Positions 46,458-53,447 of a stretch of 53,447 nucleotides of DNA are shown here, one piece after another (positions within the stretch are counted from its first letter, which is position 1; the number at the start of each line of letters is the position of its first letter). This DNA comes from Macrostomum lignano (lineage: Eukaryota), in contig NIVC01000157.1 of NCBI GenBank assembly GCA_002269645.1, positions 622,345 to 675,791 on the forward strand, given 5' to 3'. Below the pieces are notes generated by a model that was not told the DNA's origin, ran no database searches, and saw only the letters and a list, made by a program, of their open reading frames with translations. The position numbers and the translations under genes were made by a program.

Positions 46458-49400
46458 TGTAGCATCTGGTTTCCATAATGAATTCCAGGAATGCTCTTTC
46501 GTTTAGAGTTTGCGCGAGAGTATATTTCTTCCTTTTTCCATTTTCCTTTTTTTCCTCAAGGCAGCTCGCAGCTTAGTACTTAAAACAAAGTATCGAGCAG
46601 AATCATAACAAAATAAGTCTATGGTAGAAAGAGAGACACACGTAGGATCATATACCACATATGTCACCCCTTTGAAAAAAATTGGTAACTCCCTGTACGT
46701 TTTTTCTTTCAAGATCGCATCTTAATAAAATAGTATTCAGATCACGGTTCCTCGAGGCCTCAATCGCGTTTCAGTTAGTGGCACGTTCTCATGCTGATAG
46801 CGACGTCGACGCACTAACGGCTTGACGATCTTGGTAGCTTGATCCGTTTGTGAAACAGGTTGACATTTGTCCAACTGTGTTGCCTTTTCTCCGGGTTGAG
46901 GCTTGCCGATTAAATGTTCCAGTACCTCGTCCGTGATCGTCTGGGGTTGCTCTGCAGCACTAGCAGGCAGTGTGTGGTCCACATGTCGCTTCCAGACCAT
47001 GGGGCCCACCTTCACTAGATATGACAGCGGGGCTCGGCGTCGAAGGATTGTTCCCACAGCCCATTTGTCCTCCGCTTGTCTTCTAAAGTCCAACGTTAGC
47101 ACGTTGTCGCCTTGCTTGAACTCTCTGATCTTCGGACTGGCTCTTGCGTCATACTGAATTTTTTGTTGATGCTGCTTCTCGGCGACTCGCTGGTCCGTGT
47201 CTGGATGAAGTATGCTGAGTTTGGTTCGTATTGAGTATTTGAGCATCATTTCAGCAGGAGACTTCCCAGTAGTAGAATGGGGCGTCATGCGGTATCGTGC
47301 CAAGAAGGCATTAATGCTTTCTATAGCATCATGGCTGCTCTTCATCTCAGCCCTTAAGGCTCGCTTTGCTGTTTGCACCATCCGTTCGGCTTGCCCATTT
47401 GAGCGTGGATGCCCAATTGATGTTAGAACTTGTACAATTCCGCGACTCCTTAAGTAGTCCTTGAACTCCTTTGCAGTAAATTGGGATCCGTTGTCTGTAA
47501 GGATCTGCTTCGGATATCCGTAGCGAGCGAACGTCTCTTGGAGTCTGTTGATGGTGTGGTCGCCGATCTCATTAGGAAGATTTCCGTTGTGTTGTGGCGT
47601 CCACGAGCAACAGCCAAGTATATCCGTAGCATGGGCCGAAAAAGTCCAAGTGCAGTCGAGTCCATGGCTTCTCTGGCCAATTGAGAGGCTGTAGCGGTGC
47701 TTGTGCAGGCAGCTTTTGTTGCGATTGACATCCTGTGCATCTAGCCAAGCAATTTTCTATATCATTATCAATGCCTGGGTACCATATGTGCATTCTTGCC
47801 AGCGACTTCATGACCACAATTCCGGGGTGTCCTTCATGCAGCAGCTGCAGAAGCTGAATTTTTAACACTGATGGAATTATTGTCCGAATTCGCAGAATAG
47901 AACTCCATCTTCCACGCTCAGCTCATGCCGCCGGCTATGAAATGGCTTTAACTCTGCCTCCACTGATTCTGGCCAACCAGCTCTGCAGTAGCGAAGAACT
48001 CGCGACAGCAAGGGTTCATTCGAAGTGGCTCTTTTCAAGTCATTGGAGTCGATCGATTGCGCGTCTATCCTATTCTGGAACACGGCATCATCTGCTCCTT
48101 GAAATTCGGAAGTGTGCAGTCTGGATAAGGCATCCGCATTCCCGTGGTCTTCCGTTCGTCGGTACCGAATTTCAAAGCTGTAGGCTGAAAGAATTACTGC
48201 CCATCTTTGTAAACGGCTGGCGGCAATGCTGGGTATGTTGTTCTTAGGCCCAAAAATCGTGACCAGAGGCTTATGATCAGTTATCAGGATAAACTGGCGC
48301 CCATAGAGATATTGATGAAATTTCTTTACCGCGAACACGATGGCTAAACCTTCCTTCTCAATCTGAGAGTAGTTCCGCTCCGCTTTGGACAAACTTCGAG
48401 ATCCATAGCATATAGGCTTCTCTTCCGAGTCTTTAAGCGTGTGTGACAGAACAGCACCTACTCCATAGCATGATGCGTCCGTCTGTACTACGAGTGGCTT
48501 GCTGGGGTCATAATGCGTTAGGACCTCATCAGAGCTCAGCATAGCTTTGCATGCTTGGAACGCCTCCTGGCATTCATCAGTCCATTGAAAGTCGACGCCT
48601 TTCTGAAGCAACCTATTTAACGGTTCCAGTAGATCTGATAGATTTCGAATAAATTTCCGATAGTAGTTTATTAGACCAACCAGCTAATGCACTTCGGCAG
48701 TGTTGCTTGGTACAGGAGTATCAATGATGGCTTTAGTTATTTTGGGAGACAGGCGAACTCCTGTGGCATCAATGATGTGACCTAGAAATTCGATACTCGG
48801 CATCATAAACTGGCACTTCGACCGATTGAGTCGAATGCCATAATCTTGCAGTCTCTTTAGCACGTCCCTGAGCAGTTTATTGTGATCTTCGACTGTCGAT
48901 GCCTTTAAAACGATGTCGTCGATAAAGCAAACGGCGTCCAGACCCTGAAGTATCTTGTCCATTGCCTCTTGAAATTGAGCAGATGAACTCGCTAGTCCCA
49001 TGACCAGCCTGTTGTACTCGAATAAGCCCAGGTGTGTTATTGATAGTTGTATATTTCCGGCACTCTTCTTGCAGTTCGAGTTGTAGGAACGCTTGAGATA
49101 TATCGAGCTTGCTGAATAGCTTTCCTCCGCTTAGTTTTGCAAACAGCTCCTCAGGCCTGCTCACTGGGTAAATGTCCACTTCCAAGGCGGGGTTGATTGT
49201 TCTTTTGAAATCAGCGCAGATGCGAATCGATTTCCCATCCTTCTTCAGAACTGGCACTATTGGCCTCGCAAATTCGGAAGATTTTACCCGTCTAATTATT
49301 CCTTGGCTCTCCAAGCTTTTTAGCTCCTGCTCAATTGCAGGCTTCAGAGCGAATGGCACGGGTCGTGACTTGCAGAACTTTGGCATTGAACCTTCCTTTA

Positions 49401-50997
49401 GATGAAGCTTGGCCGTTAATTGCTTTATTTTACCTAGGCCATCCGCGAATAATTCACTGTGCTCTTGCAGAATTTTACTCAACTCTTGAGACACATCAAC
49501 AAGGAGAGTTTCCGACTGTGTACTGCAGCCAGCGCTTCCTGCGTATTTCCAGCGAGATTCCCGAGTTGCGTGATCCAATCGCGGCCCAACAAATTCTGTC
49601 TTCTGCCGTCGACAATCACGACATCAAGCTCAATGGCAGTGCCGTTGTCCAGTGCTTGCACGGTGGCTTCTCCAAGCAGTGGCATCTTTTCGCCGGAGTA
49701 CGAAGTGAGAATCATGGTTGTGCCGGTCGGTTTCACTCCGAGCTGCTCAGCTTGTTTGTTAATAATTGTACGTTCGGCGCGCGTGTCTACCTCAAACGTC
49801 ACCTTCTTCTTGCTGATTTGCAGAGTTTCCAAGAAAGGATTGAATCGTTTCTTTTTAGCGCTATTTTCGCTGAGCTGGCATTTCCTGCTGATGGCAACGT
49901 TACTGATGTTTGAGAAGTCGGGCGACTCCCCACTGCTGCCTTGGCCTCGCTTTGCGCTCACGTATTTCACCCTTCTTGTGCCTTGGCCCAATCTTGCTTT
50001 GTAATTTCTTTTCTGACCATTCTGTCTGGCTCTGTGAGCTTCTGTCGACTGCTGAGTTCTGCATGCCTTCTCCAGGTGGCCCGGTTTGTTGCACTTCTTG
50101 CAGACGTAAGATCGATGTGGGCAGCTTCTTGCCCAGTGACCCGTCGCTAAGCATCGGTAGCACCTGTCATGAGCAGAGTCTTTTGAGCTTTTTGGCCTGA
50201 CTTCTTTGACTGAGTTGGCTTGAGCTCCACTGAATCTGTTAGTGTTGATGATCGTTGCACCTTTTTCTGCAGTTTCTATGGCGGTTGATATTTTGATGGC
50301 CTCGTCCAGCGCGATGTCATCTTCTTGCAGAAGACGCTGCTGGATGAGCTTGCTGCGCAATCCGCAAACAAACTTATCTTTGATAGCTTCATTCAAAAAG
50401 GCCCCAAACATACAGGTTGCAGCCAGCTTCCTTAAATTTGCTATATACTCTGAGATTACTTCGCCCTTTTGTTGATTTCGATTGTAGAGATTGTAGCGCT
50501 CCAAAACTTTTTTTGGCGTCGGTGCGAAATAGTTTCTTAGCGCCGTTATCAGCTCGTCATAAGACTTACTTTTCGGGAGGTCTAGAGACAGCAGATCTCG
50601 CAGCAGGCAGTAGCAATCTTCACCCACCACTGTGATGAGCTCAGCCTTCTTTATGTTCTCATCGGTGATGGCTTTAGCGATAAAATATTTCTCCAACCGT
50701 TCTTCGTACACCGACCATCTCTCTGGTCTTGCTGGATCGAATGTACTGATTCTTGAAGCGGTGTGGGGTACGGCAGTCATATCCTCGTCGCCAATGTAGC
50801 ATGTGGTTTCCGTAATGAATTCCAGGAATGCTCTTTCGTTTAGAGTTTGCGCGAGAGTATATTTCTTCCTTTTTCCATTTTCCTTTTTTCCTCAAGGCAG
50901 CTCGCAGCTTAGTACTAAAAACAAAGTATCAGAGCAGAATCATAACAAAATAATTCTATGGCAGAAAAGAGAGACACACGTAGGATCATATACCACA
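46458..50997 (-). mobile_element. Ty3/Gypsy LTR retrotransposon (D), full length and degenerate
   Basis: LTRs TGTGGTA...GCTACA at 50997-50795 and 46659-46458; TSD GGTTC at 46453-46457 and 50998-51002; PBS TGGCGACGAGGAT (complement of the tRNA-Ser(GCU) 3' end as recalled). Confidence 0.96.
46737..50780 (-). pseudogene. Gypsy D gag-pol with several frameshifts
   Basis: Gag with CYRC/CKKC knuckles; EVDTRAE protease; FIDDIV RT; QTDASCYGVG and EKEGLA RNase H; HEGHPG...C..C, LDFFGP and SNGQAERMV integrase. Confidence 0.93.
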
Positions 50998-51426
50998 GGT
51001 TCCTTCTTTTTCGAGACGCTCTAGCTCGCACTTCAGTGGCTGATAGGCAGCAAATGGGACTTCCGTGGTGGCTGGACTTTTGGGACGGCATTTTCAGTCA
51101 ACTGAATGCTGTACTGCTGTTTCATACACCCAACACCCTTGAAAACGGTTGGATAGTCGGTAAAAAGTTGACTCGTAGTAATCTGAGACTTCTCTACTTT
51201 GGTCAGGCTAGGTTGGCTCTTGTCTATGGCAAAAAGCTTCTTGATGAGTTTTAGCTCGTGGAGCGCTAACCTCCAGCCTATTATCGGGTGGAGTTTTTGT
51301 AGAGTGTTCCACCTCCCGTAAAAAAGACATAAAAAGTGTTAATGTACTACTTACACATTTTATTCAGTAGTATACTAAGTAGCATGTATAAAGTTATGCG
51401 CTGAACCATACATATATTTAAATCAA

Positions 51427-51720
51427 CCAATAGGAAGAGAGAAATCTCGAGCATGCTAATTTTAGAAATCACTCAATCACGTGTTACCCGCGATTGTCAG
51501 CTCACACCCCAGTTGCGATACATCATTCAGTCTGCACTCAGATGAACCAATCAAAGATATCTAAAAATAACTCAGCTACGGTAACCAATCATGCATGCTC
51601 ACACTAAACCAATGGAGTAACTTTCTAACCTGCCATGTTTGACAGCAGCCAATCCGTGAACCTTTGACATTTAAGACAATGGACTCAATGACCTCATTTG
51701 GGGTCGATTGCCTATAAATA
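51427..51720 (+). promoter_or_regulatory. CCAAT cluster plus TATA, possible solo-LTR promoter
   Basis: CCAAT at 51427, 51547, 51585, 51609 and 51649; TATAAATA at 51713-51720; possible LTR start TGTTAC at 51482, but no TSD found. Confidence 0.35.
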
Positions 51721-52254
51721 CAAGTGGTCCGGAGCGGACCGGAGCTCAAGATTTTTGCCTTCCAGAAGGAAGAAGAGCTCCGAGAGGAAGCCTCCAAAGG
51801 TCTTCCTTCCGACCAAGTAAATCGAGACTCGGTCGAGTTCTTGCGGTAAGCCTTACTCATTTGCGCCAGGTGTTTGAGTCTGTTGAGACTCTCGAGTCTA
51901 TTGAGACTCCATTGTTGTAGTCTCCAGAAGGACTACCCTGATAGATCTTAGAGGACTATCAGCGAATACCGGAGCTATACCTAGGGTGCATTAAGACACC
52001 GCTAGAAAGAGAAGGCTTATTTGAAACCGCATTAAGGCGCAGGGACCCCCATCGATAACACGAAGCTTCTGATTGGTCCAAACGACAGATATCGGCCGGA
52101 AACGACTTCAGTGGAAGTAAAGGAACGTGGACCTGGTTTACGAAACATAGACGTCTAACGAGTCAAGAAGTCCTAGAGCTATAAGGAGATCTCTCAAACC
52201 GGAGTCAAGGTAAGCAGTACCTTCATTTGATAACTGGGTTGCCTAGCAAAGTAG

Positions 52255-53432
52255 CTAGAAGTGATTGTTCCTGATTACTGAGAAAGTCTTGGTAATAAGG
52301 AACACATAATTTTCTCCAACAACTACGAACTTCAGCCTTTTGTTTTCTGGCATGGAGAAGACACAGTCAGGTATGTCAGTCCAACAACATCTAGCTGCTG
52401 TCGTTGTACGTAGTGAGCGTCCATGTCGTGGGCTCGATTTTAGCCGATGAAGAAAACGGGTTAGGCTGCGCAGTGGAATTACATTTACATCTGCTCCCGT
52501 GTCGACTTTAAACTGAAGGGCTTTAACCGAATATTCTGTTGACAGACTCACCATCATTGTTGAGTGGCCATGCAGAGGCTCAGCTTCCGGTGTCTCAACT
52601 GTCATTACTGTCGCTAGGTCTGGTTCTTGATCAAAGCCTGGCTTGTCCTGTTGATTTTTGTCTTGGAGTTCGTTGACCCTCTTGGAAGACCGGCACGCTG
52701 ACGCAAAGTGATTCAGTCGTCCACAGATGCTGCACTTCTTCCGTAGGCCGGGCACTTCCTCCGCTCGTGTTGCATAGAGCAGTAGCCACAGCTAGGCCTT
52801 GAGGTTGGACCCGAGGATCTAGCGGGTGCCTTGGTTCGGCCTTGGAGAGCGTCAACAGACACAGCAGGGGTGCTCAGCTGCCGTGAGCTATGGCCAGAGA
52901 ACTCGCCTGTCGCTTCGACGTCTCTAAAGCCCTACCCATTTGAATAGCGCGGTTGAGAGTCAGGTTTGTCTCTCTCAGAAGTCTCTCTTCAGCGCCGCGA
53001 TCGCTGACTCCTATAACAATCTGGTGGATGACGCTATCGCTGACTGTCTCGCCATTGGCCAGTGTTCCGTAATTGCACCTAGTAACGAGCTGTCGAAAGG
53101 AGGCTACGAACTGATCGAAGTCCTCCGACTCAGCCTGAGTTCTGGTTCTCAACAGGTAGCGATCGAAAGTTTCGTTGCAAAGTGGCTCGCAGTATACCTT
53201 GAATTGCTTGATTACGTCGTCGTAAGTATTCGCCTCCTCTGCGGGAAATTTTGAGTACACTTCTTGGCCTTCTGGTCCAAGTACAGTTAGCAGTATTGCG
53301 ATCTTAACCTCTTCGCTTCTTCTGTCTTTTTGTAGCCTTCATATAAAAGTCCATCGCTTTGCTCCATCTTCTCCAATTGTCTGCTCGATTGGTGTCGAAA
53401 ACCATCGGCTCTGGAGGCCTCAGTCCTTCCAT
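52255..53432 (-). pseudogene. Gypsy gag-protease fragment (F)
   Basis: ATG 53432 MEGLRPPEPM; YCEP..NETFDRY...FDQFV..LRQLV..CNYG; CSICGRLNHFASAC knuckle; FKVDTGADVNVIP protease; frameshifted. Confidence 0.88.
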
Positions 53433-53447
53433 TGCTTTAATAGCTAG

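Overview
Eukaryotic (metazoan-like; TTAGGG repeats, spliceosomal introns) transposon graveyard with no recognisable host gene, rRNA, tRNA gene or CRISPR array. Nearly all of the 53 kb is nested mobile DNA: five Ty3/Gypsy segments (two with paired LTRs and 5-bp TSDs), one near-intact Ty1/Copia, two 5'-truncated LINE fragments, several Helitron pieces (including a head-to-tail dimer carrying (TTAGGG)n blocks), a TTAA-flanked piggyBac-like element with very long compound inverted arms and a divergent orphan ORF, a MULE remnant, two PIF/Harbinger elements and a Crypton-like tyrosine recombinase fragment. The best second-look items are: (1) the two-gene piggyBac-like element at 23728-32822; (2) the Copia primer-binding site, a 30-nt complement of initiator tRNA-Met nt 10-39; (3) the Helitron dimer with a bypassed internal terminator and captured telomeric repeats. 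All family calls come from motifs recognised by eye; no database searches or alignments were run, and identity estimates are by-eye only.
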